Notes under the pieces: generated by a model
Database searches by the model: none
What the model was told of the DNA's origin: nothing
Seen by the model: only the letters and a program-made list of their open reading frames with translations
Translations under genes and position numbers: made by a program
In this document: piece by piece, positions 27,476-40,349 of the stretch
Layout: each line of letters begins with the position of its first letter
Numbering within the stretch: position 1 is the stretch's first letter
DNA from: Parasitella parasitica NRRL 2501
Lineage: Eukaryota > Fungi > Mucoromycota
DNA length: 64,000 nt
Reading direction: 5' to 3'
Assembly: GCA_025201805.1 (NCBI GenBank)
Contig: MU619237.1
Location: forward strand, 139,996-203,995

Positions 27476-27658
27476 GGATAATAAAGATGTTTATTCTCTG
27501 TAAGAAATTATTGTCCAACCAAGTCGAAACGACAGGATGCATCACTAACAAAAGCCTATGACTGGGAGGAATCGCAAAAACTTCTTTTTCTTTCCTTTTC
27601 CTTTTTTTTTTTTTTTTTTTCTTTCTCTTCCCCTCCTATTAAGTTACGCATAATTTTG

Positions 27659-29506
27659 ATGACGAGTGTGCCTGCAAAAGGTAAACCCACAAGTGAGGAG
27701 TATACGTATACACACATATCCACCACGGCTTTATTCTCTTAGAAATCCCTATCCTGGAAAACCTTATAACAATCAGACACAAGCTGTCTGCTCTGAAAAA
27801 GGACAGAGAGACATTTCCAGACACTAACTTGATAATCTCACTCTACAAAGAAATAGAGGCACAAGTGGATTTGTTGAATGAGACCCGAACAGGCGACATT
27901 TGGAATACTGCATCTCGCAACAGACTTAATGATGTACTCGATGACATTATGGCATTATTGTCATTGTTCTTTATGAGCATCGGAAGAAACAGAGAGAGTA
28001 GGTTGATGCATTACGAGAGCGACTCTCGATCCTAAGAATTTCTGTGAAATGTAGGCCCTGCTGTTTATGTGCAACTAGTCACTGTAGAAGTAAGTTATCT
28101 GTGAGTAGTCCTAGTCCTTTGTTTATTCATGCAAGCTTGGCGGGAATAATAGAGGTATCTGGATCAATTATCACACATGGGAACCTACACAGACACCATC
28201 CTCCTGGAAAACCAAGAACGACTTGAAGACATTGAGAACATTCTTTATTCTGACTCCAGTGATTCATGCTTTGTAAAAGTATTGAAATATAAATTGGACA
28301 AGTGCAGTGAGTTGCCATTGCAGTTGTGAACAGTAGCGAATGACTTATTCATCTTAATCACTAGAAACTTCACTATCAATATTGCTAGCCAACACACAAG
28401 ACGTCTCTGAATCACTGTAAGTGTATATTCAATGACACGTACAATTCAAAGATATCCACTTTGCTCAACACCATATGTATCGTAGGAAGCATTTGCACGA
28501 AGAACTGATCAACTTGCGTCGAAAAATGGCACTTTTAGCTCAAAAGCCAACGGGGTATACAGCGGCTGAAGTGAACGAGATACAAGAAAAGGTTTTTTTT
28601 TTTAAATTGGAATCGAGGTCGCATTTGGCAATGTCTAACACAAAGAGTAGCTTCGTGAATTAGACAATTCGAAGCATCAGTTATTTCAATCAAATCTAAA
28701 AGGAAAGGCGTTAATTGAAGGCCTATTGGAGCAGTTGCATGAGGAAACACAAGATTTAAAGGCTTCCACAAACAGCGTATCCGAATCATTAGCGCCTATA
28801 GTAGATAGACTGAAACAAATCAAATCTCAGTTGGAACGTTTAGCATTGACACATAAATGGACCTTGAGGGAGACTGATTTATACACCTACCACGTAATTT
28901 ACTGACCATACTATTACACCATCAAACACTATACGCACTCACTAAATGGTTTGTTTTATATAGTTGCAACTTCAGGAAGTTGAAAAACTTCGAATGGACG
29001 GTAAATTCAAGGACCCTGAGTCAGATACTATTCCTGAAGGCCAGGCTGTCATTAACTTCTTGTTGCGTGGATGTTATCGTATCATGGCAAAAATGCTGAG
29101 CGAAAATGTGCCTGTAGCTGAAGCATTAATGCCTGTGCACAATCAATTGAGCACAGTACGACGATGTCTTGTCGAAGTGACAAAATGGGGAAAGCCGGAT
29201 TCAGGTAACTACAAGAACTATGCATATGTTGATTTTTTTTTTTTTTTTTTTCATTAACGGCCTCCGTTTAGTTCGAGATCTTTACCCGTGAGTTATGAGT
29301 CAGCTGGTCATTGGATAGTAGATACTGACATATCACCACTGTTTTATAGATATCAAATGAAGCTGGCTAGTATTGATAATATGAGAGTCAATGGTACTTT
29401 TTGTGATGAGGAAGGAAATATACCAGAAGGTCAGGCTATTTGCGTTGCATTGCTCAATGAGTGCTATGACATCCTACATGAGCTAATTGCGCTTGCTGAT
29501 ACTTGA
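27659..29506 (+). CDS. CUB1: DUF2408/UPF0662 protein (Cub1/YPL260W-like); many short exons
   Basis: MTSVPAKE/EIPILENLITIRHKLSALKKDR, LLSLFFMSIGRNRESPAVYVQL, WTLRETDLY, LMPVHNQLSTVRRCLVEV and YQMKLASIDNMRVNGTF...IPEGQA...LLNECY. Confidence 0.85.
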
Positions 29507-29725
29507 AGAACGTAAAAGATAAAAGTAACCAAATGTATGTTTGATAATGTTGTATATAAATATAATGACTCTGTTGCTATGGCGCAGAATAAAATTACAC
29601 TGAAGGTTTACTGTTGGATTTCTCGAAAGCCGACATCACTGAATCAGTTTAAATTGCTAAACACATCTTGCAAAGCTTTGTTATATCTTTCTTTCTTTCT
29701 TGTTTAAATTAGTTTTTCATTATTC

Positions 29726-30214
29726 ATGCCTATTGTCAGCCAAATTAAGCAAAAAATTAGGCAGACTATCTGCTGTGTTCCATCAGAGGTAGATCAAAAT
29801 GAAGGTCCTCCTCCTGTTTCCATATCAGTGCCACAGCAACAGCAAGAAAGCAATGTTCAAGCCCTCCAAACTACTGCTATTACAAGTATTGACCCTCTTT
29901 CTGAGGCAAATGACGAAGAAGAGCAACAAGAGGAAGATTGGGGTGAAGAAGGGCCCGGGATTAGCTCATACGATAGCCAAGCGTTTGTGGCTGATGAAGA
30001 TGATGTTTACAGTTCTAACAAGAGCCCATCCAAGGGGTATGATGAGGTCCAGGATGCGTTCGAAAAATTCACACAAGATTACTGTCCGCAAAGAAAACTG
30101 GAATTTGAGGATGCAAACTTGATCTGGAGCAATGATGCGTACAAGCGTCCAATTCAAGAATGGAATGCTGATCAAGAAACCAGCAACACTTCACAAGTTC
30201 AAGAAGCAAGATGA
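29726..30214 (+). CDS. Small acidic uncharacterised protein (162 aa)
   Basis: Single clean ORF after a pyrimidine-rich leader, coding-like composition, AAATAAA downstream; no family recognised. Confidence 0.65.
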   Translation: MPIVSQIKQKIRQTICCVPSEVDQNEGPPPVSISVPQQQQESNVQALQTTAITSIDPLSEANDEEEQQEEDWGEEGPGISSYDSQAFVADEDDVYSSNKSPSKGYDEVQDAFEKFTQDYCPQRKLEFEDANLIWSNDAYKRPIQEWNADQETSNTSQVQEAR

Positions 30215-31094
30215 CCTCTTCTCATTCTCCCAAATTAATTTCTAATAGCATCACAATCAAATAAATATAATGATTTTGCAATTTTACAAGCACTATCAAA
30301 AGCAAAACTATCAAGAGAAGATGCATATACTGCAACCTCATCATACTTGTTTTCACGTCTGTTTATCACTTTTTTCAGATGTTCAGAGTGGTAAATTTGT
30401 ACTATGAAATTGATTAAATATCTTTACCACTTTCATTACGTAGCATTTTATATAACGTTTCGCTCACTGCTGACACAACAAAGAAGCACCCCCTAAAGTA
30501 AAATGGAAGGGCACATTATTATAAAGGTATTTTAAGCTATAGTCTGTAGTATGAGAAAATAACTTGCTATTTATAAACATTGGATAGTTGGATATCAGTT
30601 CTTCTAAGTAATTAATTAAGCATTGACCAGGAAATTAAGGGCCAACTTTTATATGCCACAACTGATATAGTTTAATTGTAGGTATAGAGTGAGCGTGTCA
30701 ATCAACAGTAGTCATCATTGAATAGCAGTGGTGTTGCTGAAAAATACTGATTTATCAGAATGAGAAATTATTCAAATAAAACGGTCGTGAATGAATCAGG
30801 TAAAGATTTCGTTTATTACATGGAAAATATGATGATTTATATACTAGTAGTAGTCAATCTAAGTGTGGACTGATGGGAGGATAAGGTGTAAGTGTGAGAC
30901 ATGATGTGATTTTAGAGAATGTGACAATAAATTATATCTATTGTTTATGTCATGTTGAGCTATAAATATGGAACATGGTCCATTAGGATATGTCCCTGGA
31001 TTGTGTTCAGCACTGATGAGTTTACTCGAGTTTGACTTTTCTGGTTGGGAAAGTAGCATATCCGTAATCTTAATAATCAGCGTTAAGATGCAGT

Positions 31095-31676
31095 TTTTAT
31101 GTGATTTTTGGTAATAACTCTATAGATATCAATAAAATATGCATGCGAATGTGTTTGCAAGATAGCACCAAATCAACGCTAAATTTTTCAAGTTAGATCG
31201 CAGTTCTACTGTCATTTTAGCAGAAGTTATAACCAAATATCTGATATTTATGATAAATTATGAAAAATAAAACTGCTTTTGCACATAACTTTTGATAAAC
31301 TCATCGCCCAGTGGAAACCAAGTGATGCTCAGATAGCGATGATTATGCCTGTTTTGATTGCGCATAAGAAAGTGTTTATTTTGCTGTTTATCGAAGCCTA
31401 TCATCGATTATATGCAATTCTGATATATAAATATGTGATATTTTCTGATAATTTTGTAGATATCAATAAAAACATGGATGCAAATGCTGATGCCAGATAG
31501 TGCCAAGTCAGCACTAAATTTTCCAACTGAGATCGCGGTTCTGCAGTCATTTTAACAGAAGTTATGAGCAAATACCTGTTATTATTATGATAGATTATGA
31601 AAGATAAAACTGTTTTTGGAGATAAGTTTTAAAGAAATCATCGCCTAGTAGAATTCAAGCGCTTTGATATTGCGAT
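31095..31676. repeat. Second locus of the ~337-bp repeat family (partial, full and partial copies)
   Basis: Same orientation and blocks as 4686-5362 (CATCGCCCAGTGGAAACCAAG, GCGCATAAGAAAGTGTTTATTTTGCTG, CAAATATCTGATATTTATGATAAAT); unit starts at 31277 and 31614. Confidence 0.9.
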
Positions 31677-33204
31677 ATTGTCCACCAAGAACATCTGTTT
31701 ACTTGAAACTGTTTGGACTTACTCAGCAAACTATTTGCACGTTTGGATCTCTTTCATATGGTACATTCTGGGCAGCAATATTCTGGAACTTTACATGAAA
31801 TCACTGCTATTGGCGTATCACTCTCTGAATAGACATGCCACCATTATGCTAAATGATGTTACAGAGAGATAGTAATACTAAATTATGTAGTTGTTTATGA
31901 AATATGATTCACGGCTTTTGGACTTGGTTCATATCGATTATAGGGACATCATTGTATCAAACTAGCTTATTTATTACATCAAAAAGCACTGTATTTGCTT
32001 AATACGTTGGATACAGATGTCAGACAATTACAAAAGTGACTCAGTTGTCATTGTGGCCGTTCCTGATCGGATCAAAGGTTAAATGTCACTATTCTACCAT
32101 ATAGTAAGCAAAAGTAACCATGAAATGTCTTGTACCGTAAAAGAAAAACCATCTATTCAGGTTCTATTTATTCTAGATTACAAAGTTAAACTTATCGATG
32201 ATGAATGGTTCACATTCATACCAGTTGGCTACTGATTAAATAAAAATAGGTCATGCCCTAACTAACACCATCTTATAATCTTATTCAAACATGATCTGAT
32301 TGTATTCATAGATTGTAGATTTATTTTATAATAGACAGCTTCTTATCGTTCACTTAGTTATCAGTTTTGTATCTGGCTGATTAACAGCGATTATTGCTTC
32401 TTCTCATTTTATCATATACGATCATCTGCTGTGTCGCTTTGACTGGATAACCTTTAGTACCATTTTTATGAGTTCCTGACTCCCCGGGGTATTTTGTTAG
32501 TTCGTAAAGACGTCCTTTATAGAATCCCAAAAGTTCAATAACCACCATTAGAGCTTTTTCCAGTTGCTGATTCCAGTAAGGTTTTTGATGGTCTATACAG
32601 GCCGTCTCTTTGATGTTCTTTGAATATGAAAATGAGTGAAGCAATCTAAAGCACGCTCTAATGCTTTCCACTCTCAGAAAGTTTCAATATATTTATATAC
32701 AATACACATAGGCCGGGATATTTCAGGCCAATCTAACCGGCTTGCAAAATTGGCTTGCCAGGATACATTCAAGATTTGTTGTCTATCGTGGAAACTGTCA
32801 TTATGATAGCTTGTGCAACAATTTTAAATGGTTTGCATACGTGGCTAGCATCGACATCACGTGAGAGCTGCCAGGCTTCTATATATAAATCAATGAAATT
32901 GAGAGAAAACCAGTGTTTTTTCTCCCAACATTCATACAATTTTTTCTCGCTTAAAACCACCCTTCTTTTTCAATTTGAGAAAAGGAGACATTTGAATCTG
33001 ATTAGAAGAACATTATAGAAGGAAAGTGCGGTCGTGTTTATTTACTGGCTGCCTTTATTTCTCCCTCTGTTTTTGTTTTTGTGTATAACTGGTTAGCAAA
33101 AGAAAGCAGACAAAGCAGAAAACTCAAATATCAAAAAAAGACGTACGGTTGTATAACGTCTTGAAAACCCCCAACGAAACCAAAAAAGAAAAGGCTTTGA
33201 TAAG

Positions 33205-36200
33205 ATGTCTTCTGATGAAGAGGATTCAGATTGCCCTTTGTGCATGGAGGAATTGGATATTGCTGACCGCAACTTCAGACCTTGCCCTTGTGGATATCAG
33301 GTTTGTCCTTGGTTTCACGTATCACTTTTGCAGTAACTCACTGCTGCTGTCTTTTGCTTTGTTTAGATTTGTCGTTTCTGCTGGCACCACATTAAAACCA
33401 ACTTGAATGGACGTTGCCCAGCTTGTCGAAGACTGTATAGCGATCAGATAGTTGAGTTTGTTCCTGTTAGCGCGGAGGAGATTATGCGTCTCAAGAAAGA
33501 AAAGAAGGAAAAGGACCGCCAAACACGAGATATGCGAGACCCTAGCCGAAGACAGCTTTCGAATGTTAGAGTAGTTCAAAAGAATCTTGTGTATGTGCTT
33601 GGTCTAGGCTCAAAACACGCTAACATTGAGGTAAAAGATCTCGATTCTTTTTTTTTTTTTTTTTTTTTTTTTTTGAGATGTGGGCCATGTAACAAATATC
33701 TTTATAATTAGAATGAGTTTTTCAAGAAATATGGTCGTATCGAAAAAGTTGTTATCAGCAAGCGTTCTGCCCCGTCAAGTGGCTCTAGTTCATCTGTGGG
33801 AATTTATGTGACCTATGCTCGAAAAGAAGATGCTGGAAAAGCAATCGAAGGAATCAATGGCGTCGAAGTTGACGGTAAAACCGTAAGGTATAGTGGAATA
33901 ACAGCGATACACTTCTTGGATTAACACGTATTTTTTCATTTTAGAGCCTCTTACGGAACGACGAAATACTGCACTTATTATTTGAGACACATGGCATGTC
34001 CAAACCCTAATTGCATGTATCTCCATGAACCTGGTGATGATGTAGATAGTTATAGCAAAGATACGGTAACCATTGGGTAAGTTGATATAAGGGGAACCTC
34101 GTTACACGTGTATAAGCCGATATTAATGTGTATCGACTCTACAGAAAACATGCCAATACCGCTTCAACTTCAACCACCACTTCAGCATACCCCAATAAGC
34201 GACCTGCGATAGCTACCAAGTCAACAACTACAACTACAGCGCCAAACGCTCCTACCCTCTCCCCAGAGCCGAAGCCTGCCACCGCACCTCGTACGTGGGC
34301 TCCCATCCCTAAAGTCGTGCCTATGCCACCTGTTGTTATTCCAAAAGAGGAGCCCAGCACTCCTCCTCCCCCGCCCTCTCCACCTTTTCAAGAGATCAAG
34401 GCATCTTCTTCTACCAAACATTTCAAACCAGCTACTAGCTCGTCTACTTCTACAGCAGCATCCAAGTCTGCTGCTGCTTCAAAGTGCAGTAAAGAGGTAG
34501 TTCCTAGTGAAAAGCGTAGCAAGAAGTTGATCGTGCCTTTGGTGCCTGAGGAAGATGAAAAGCCAGCGCTTCCAGCTACTGCGTCCTGGGCCAAGGCTCA
34601 GCCTGTCATAAATCATGATAGCGTTACGACGCCTGCTAATTTTGGGCCTTCCTTGTCGGATGCGTTCCATGCTCCTCAGAAACCTAAGCATTCACCTTCA
34701 CTCAAGGTCAAGAAAGAGAAAAAGACTAAAGGTAAGATGGTTCGTTTGGAGGAATTCGAGGAGGCCGAGAGAGAGGCAAAAATGGCTGCAGTTAGACCCA
34801 AGGTCATTCCTAAGCCAGAGGCTGTTCCTATGGCCCCTCCTACTGCGTCTAAACCTCAGTTACCTTTGCAAACTGAACCCACCTCTACGGATGTCAAGAT
34901 GGCCGAAAAAAATGTTCAAGAAAGTAAGCCTGCTTCAAAAGAAAAGGAAACAGAAAAGAAGATGGCCTTTGATAATGGACAGGAAAAGGAATTGCAGGAA
35001 ATGGAACCAGAGACGAATTCTGAGGCTCCAGTTTTGAAAGAGATTATGCCTGAAATGACGGAAGTCAAGAGACCAAGTGCTGCTCAACACACCGACGAGA
35101 AGCCCCAATTGATGGAAGAGGATATTCCAATCGAACTGGACCAAACTCAAGCACAATCTGACGAAAATGATGATTTGGGTATCTCTGAACAAGATAGTTC
35201 TGAATTCAAGCTCAAAACTGAGGTATGCGAAGACAGCGATGAAAAGATTGAGAATCTGGCTTCATTAAACGACGACGTTATCAAAGCATTTGATGATGCC
35301 GCCGCTGCCGCTGTTACGGATGAATCTTCTGAGAAGGTTGAATCTGATGAAACGCTTCAAGGGCAGCAAGATTCACAGACTGATTCAGAACAATTTGAAA
35401 TTGACGAGCAAAAGAAGGTCCAAAACATCTCATCATCTTTGGCAGCTATGGATAGATTATCAGCCTTGGTTCAGCAAGAGATCATGGTTGATTCGCTTGA
35501 ACAACCCTCGTTTGATCCAGCAGAGCAACCACAGCAACAGCAGCCTCATCAACAACAACCACATCCTGGTATAAGTACATTCGATTCAGGTTTGTCCGTG
35601 CAGCCCGATAATCGTCGCATGGCTCCACCTGGACTCAGTGGACCTCCTCCTCCTCCTCCTGATTGGATGAATCGAAGCTTTGATCCATTCAATGGCCAAG
35701 ATCCTTCTCTCATTGCTGCTCGTCGTTTGCAACACTCTCAACGTATGCTGGAAGCAAGTGGTTTATTTGCTGGTGGTGGATTTGGCCACCCGCCGGTGGT
35801 TCCTCGTTTTGGATTTTCTCCTGATTTTAACCGTGGGCCTAGTGGGTTTATGCCCCATCAAGCTCCTCCTCCTCCTCCTATGGGTATGTTCCCACCGCCG
35901 CATCCTATGATGAGACATGTCCCTCCACCCGAAATGATGAATATGGCATCGCCTTTTGGACCTCCTCCTCCCCATCCTCAGATGCAGCAGCAACAACAGC
36001 AAATCCAACATATGGAAGAGCTACGGAACGAATTTAATGGGATGAGTATGAAGAATAATAATGAACACCGCCAACAATCGTTTGATGACCTTCGTACTCT
36101 TCTACCCAATGTCAATATTACTTTCAACAATCTTCACGAAAAGAGAAGAGCTGAAGAATTTTATCAGCAACAGCTCATGATGCAACGTCAACAGCAGCAA

Positions 36201-36367
36201 CAGCAGCAACAGCAGCAACAGCAAATACAGCAACAGCAGCAATTGCAACAACAGCAGCAACAGCAAATGCAGCAACAGCAAATGCAGCAACAGCAAATGC
36301 AGCAACAGCAAATGCAGCAACAGCAAATGCAGCAACAGCAGCAATTACAACAACAGCAAATGCAAAT

Positions 36368-36404
<37 letters not shown>

Positions 36405-37332
36405 TATCAGCAAGAGCATAGGATATCTGAGCAGAAGCAAATACCCACTTTTCTGGATAACAACAATATAATGGCAAACAACTCCCCTAGACATATTCCT
36501 TCACCTTCCCTTCAATCAATGCAAGAAAAGGTATTGCTAAAATCACCCCAGAGTCAACAATGGCAATCGGATCAAGCGTCTGAACATAGTGAGATGGTAG
36601 AAAAGAAGAACGCCCCTGATGTTCGAGTGGAAGCACAGAACTTTTTTGGCGAATTTCTTCGTAAAGCGGCTTCATCTACTCAGCAGCAAGAGATGTCACC
36701 AAAGAGAGATGAGCAACTTCCTCAGCCTGCTGGTAAAGTATGACTTGATTGATTTCTCACCTGAATGCTAATTGTTGTTTGCAGTGTCCACCTCTTTGCC
36801 TTTCCAAGATCCTGCCATCATGTCTGTTCATTTGGCTAATAACGAAATGCCCAATAACGATATCATTCGCTCTCAAAATACAATTCTTCAAATTTTGGGT
36901 GGTCAGCCACCACCAATGATGACATTGGAGCAACAGCAACAGATGCATCAGCAACAACAGTTTCATCAACAACAGAGACAAATGGACCCTAGATTTGCCA
37001 TGGAACAGCAACAACAACAGGGGAGAATAAATTTCAACGAAGCATCACCCAAGAACTTCAATGGCATGTTTATGGGCCCTCCTCCTCCTCAGCAGCAGCA
37101 GCAGCAACCGTTATTTCATCAGCAGGGTCCTCCTCCTCCATCCAACTTTATGAATGGATTTAGAGATGCACCCCCAATGAATATGACGAGTCGTATGGCC
37201 CCTCCACCTCCACCGGGAATGATGAGGCCACCTATGCCACCTCTTGGAGACATGAGATTTAGAAATATGAATGGTCAACACCCACTTCCCCCACCTGGTA
37301 TGTTTTCCTCTGTAAATGAAGATCGCCAATAA
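33205..37332 (+). CDS. NOT4: CCR4-NOT subunit Not4/Mot2 E3 ubiquitin ligase (C4C4 RING, RRM, C3H1 finger, long P/Q/M-rich tail)
   Basis: MSSDEEDSDCPLCMEELDIADRNFRPCPCGYQICRFCWHHI...CPACRR, LSNVRVVQKNLVYVLGL and RASYGTTKYCTYYLRHMACPNPNCMYLHEPG. Confidence 0.96.
36167..36410 (+). repeat. CAG/CAA polyglutamine tract with 15-bp CAGCAACAGCAAATG (QQQQM) higher-order repeats in NOT4
   Basis: Directly visible; about 70 Gln codons punctuated by Met, Leu or Ile. Confidence 0.95.
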
Positions 37333-37418
37333 TTTATTCTTGTAATTTCCTTTCAATATTACGCCATTGTCACAAACATAATACACCTGTAAACCCCTTT
37401 TTCTGTTAAATACACATT

Positions 37419-38240
37419 TTATTTGTTAACAAAATTCATGCTGTAACCGCCGCTTCCTTTGGGATCTTGTTGGAACTGAAAGTTATCAGTTGATAGGCCA
37501 AATTTGCCCAAGATCGTGTTGCCCAGGTCCTTTAATTTTCCAATCATTTCCTCCTTTTCTTTTTCTGTTTTATCTTTAATTCTCCCGGGCAGCTCTCTCT
37601 CTGCTCGTTGACATTCACGCAGGGTATAGGCATCTTTCGCTTCTCGCCTCAGTTTTTTGTAATCCTCCAAAGACTCGGACAAAGCTGTTGAGGTATTAAT
37701 TTTTTCATTCACCTGTGCCCTCCGAAGTAACGCTTTCAGGTACTTTGGATCTAATGTCAATGCCTGGGTGCACATATCACGAGCTTCTTTATATTCGTTC
37801 TGCTTCATATGGCAGGCAGCTATATTTCCAAAATAGACGGCTCTATCTTTGGGTAGGGACAAAGGGCAGGTCGTCAAGGCATTTTCGTATTCTGCAATGG
37901 CTCTGGTGTATTCTGCTTGGCCAAAATAAGTGTTGCCCTTTGACTTGTATTCTGCAGCTTCTTTTATTAATCTCTGGAAATGGGTGAGCTTGGCTGATAA
38001 ACGTAAGCAGTTTAATGTATTAGACGTACCTGCAGCTCATCAGCTTGATACTCTTCGCTATCAAAGAATACATCGCCCTCAGAATCCGCCTCTGCTACCT
38101 TGCTTGCTTCAAGAGTCTCGTCAATCTTTTCTTCGGCAACAGCTAAGCAGAGGGAATAAGTTAAAATTCATCCGAAGGTTCTCATATTAAATACCTTTTG
38201 GAGCTACTGATTCTTCGATTATCTCCTCAATTATAGCCAT
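37419..38240 (-). CDS. TTC1: Tetratricopeptide repeat protein 1 homolog
   Basis: KSKGNTYFGQAEYTRAI, AVYFGNIAACHMK, YLKALLRRAQ and the TTC1-type C-terminus EMIGKLKDLGNTILGKFGLSTDNF...GGYSMNF. Confidence 0.9.
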
Positions 38241-39004
38241 ACTTTTTTGAAAAATAATAAAAGAGACAAAAAAGTTGGCTTAAAAAATACATCGATATTT
38301 GAACTTGCATACACCATTTGAAAATCAGATATATCACACAGAAAACTTTGAAGGCAGTTTTTGACATGGAATCTTCCAACGTTCACACATTTCAAACATG
38401 TCCCAACGCTGGTCGTTTTATATCATGCGAATTTTGATTTACAATAGGATTCCAACCGAGATTTTTAGTACTTAGACCTATGCTTTGCCTTTTATCATGA
38501 GCAACGAGCAAAAGTAGAAGAAATGTTATGTAACAATTCAAGAACAAATTGATTACAGAAAGTGGTACTGCTACTCTATTGCTCCATATCGAGAAAACTT
38601 TACAAGTTTGCATGGGCTTGTTAACAGAGTGACAAGGTAAAAATTCAGTTCTAAACTTGAAGAAAACAGGCATGATTAGGGCTATCTGATAAGCACTTGA
38701 CTTCCACTGTGGGACATGTGTATCAAAATGTATTGTGCATCTTTGGCCGAAAGTGGTTTATTATCCTTTAGTAAACCTGCTAAAGTCTTTTTTCATCAGA
38801 AGGGGCATACGATCTTTTGTTCTTTCTAAAATCAAAGGCTATCAAAAGCCATAGAAGAAAATTTGTATTTCAAAATTCTAAAAATGATTTTAATTTTAAT
38901 GGGCAATATCGAAAATTTCATTTTCTTTGATATTCTGAATCAAGCTGTCAAAATGGCAACGCATGTGATAACTGTGCATAAGGCTGCACATGGCACCACG
39001 CAAG

Positions 39005-40349
39005 CTACTCTCCTCGAACGTCCTCGTCTTTGTTTTCTTTGGTGGAAAGGGTATTCTTGAGGGTTGATGTATAGTACCACATGTCAATCTCTTTCGGAAC
39101 GTCAGCAGCTGGAAGAGCATTGCTTTCAGGCACACTTGAAACTGTAACATTTGATAACTCGCATTTGTAAGGGGATTCATTGACAGACAGATTGATTCTA
39201 TCAACACGCCGTGTTAGCTTTTGACAAAGTGAATTTTGACCAATACTTACGTTTGGATACCTTGTCTTGGTGTTGTTCCGTTGATTAGAAGCTTCCAGTG
39301 ATGATGTGTTTCGAGAACAATATCGGTAGCGAATGCCTGGTGAGTGAATGGGTCAATATTATGCAACGCATTCTGTAACGTTTACTGATGTTTTACCTTA
39401 TTTTTTGCTTCCCCATCAAATGCAATCTGATTTTCTTTTTTTCCCTGAGGGAGCTTGTATACTTTGAAGAGTGTGTTTGTCGATTTCAAATAACCTGGCA
39501 TGTAGGTCTCAACATCTTCAATGTCTTATCATGAAGATCTGTTAGCTTTTGTAATGATTCTCCGTGTATTATGACTTTTACCATTGATATCCTCAAATAA
39601 TGGATCGTTCACATCAATCACAATTACTTTCCAATCAGTTTCGCCTTGATCCAAGAGACCAAGGATGCCCAAAATCTTGACTTGCTTTATTTGTCCTACA
39701 GTGCCAACACTAGAGCCGATTTCAATTACATCGATGGGATCATTATCGCCTTTCATGTTGGTGTGTGGTGAGATGAAGTTAGGGTCTTCCCATGTCTACG
39801 CAGTATACGTTTAATGAGCAAACGAGGATATGTAAGTGTCCTTATCTATTTACCTGGGGGAAAGCGCCGTAATTCCAAATGTAACCTTTGAATGGATATA
39901 TGTTTGGAATAAATCTTGGGCTTCCATCCAGAAGATCTTGTATAATTGGGTTTAAAGGAGTTTCCTTGTTGATCTAACAACAGAGATATTTTAGCTTATG
40001 TAGTTGATTGGTGGCATTCATTCTACCTCGTTTTTAGCATTAGTCCATCTCGGTATTTCGACAACCATGTTATACAAGGTCTTTTCATTGTTGGCAAACA
40101 ATGGGATGTCATGAAATGCAGATATGGCATGGCCATCCTTTTCTGTGATAAAGTGAGTATACGCTTGTTTGTTTGTTGACTTGGATTTGAAATGTTACCA
40201 TAGTAAACCTTATAGTCAACTGTGTTAGGAGCACCTATTGTTCGAATTGTAATTCCATCAGCAGTATTGTTTGTAGCCATCACAAAAGGCGCCATTGAGC
40301 CAAAGAAAAGTGAACAAACAAAAGTGGAAGACACTGTACTAAATTTCAT
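39005..40349 (-). CDS. IPP1: Family I inorganic pyrophosphatase (Ipp1-like) with N-terminal signal-peptide-like extension; multi-exon
   Basis: [70 protein letters not shown] and IDMWYY; starts [25 protein letters not shown]. Confidence 0.93.

Noticed and set aside
32381-32671. 96-aa minus-strand ORF and similar intergenic ORFs at 41618-41923
   Set aside because: Non-ATG starts and no recognisable motifs; likely decayed repeat sequence.
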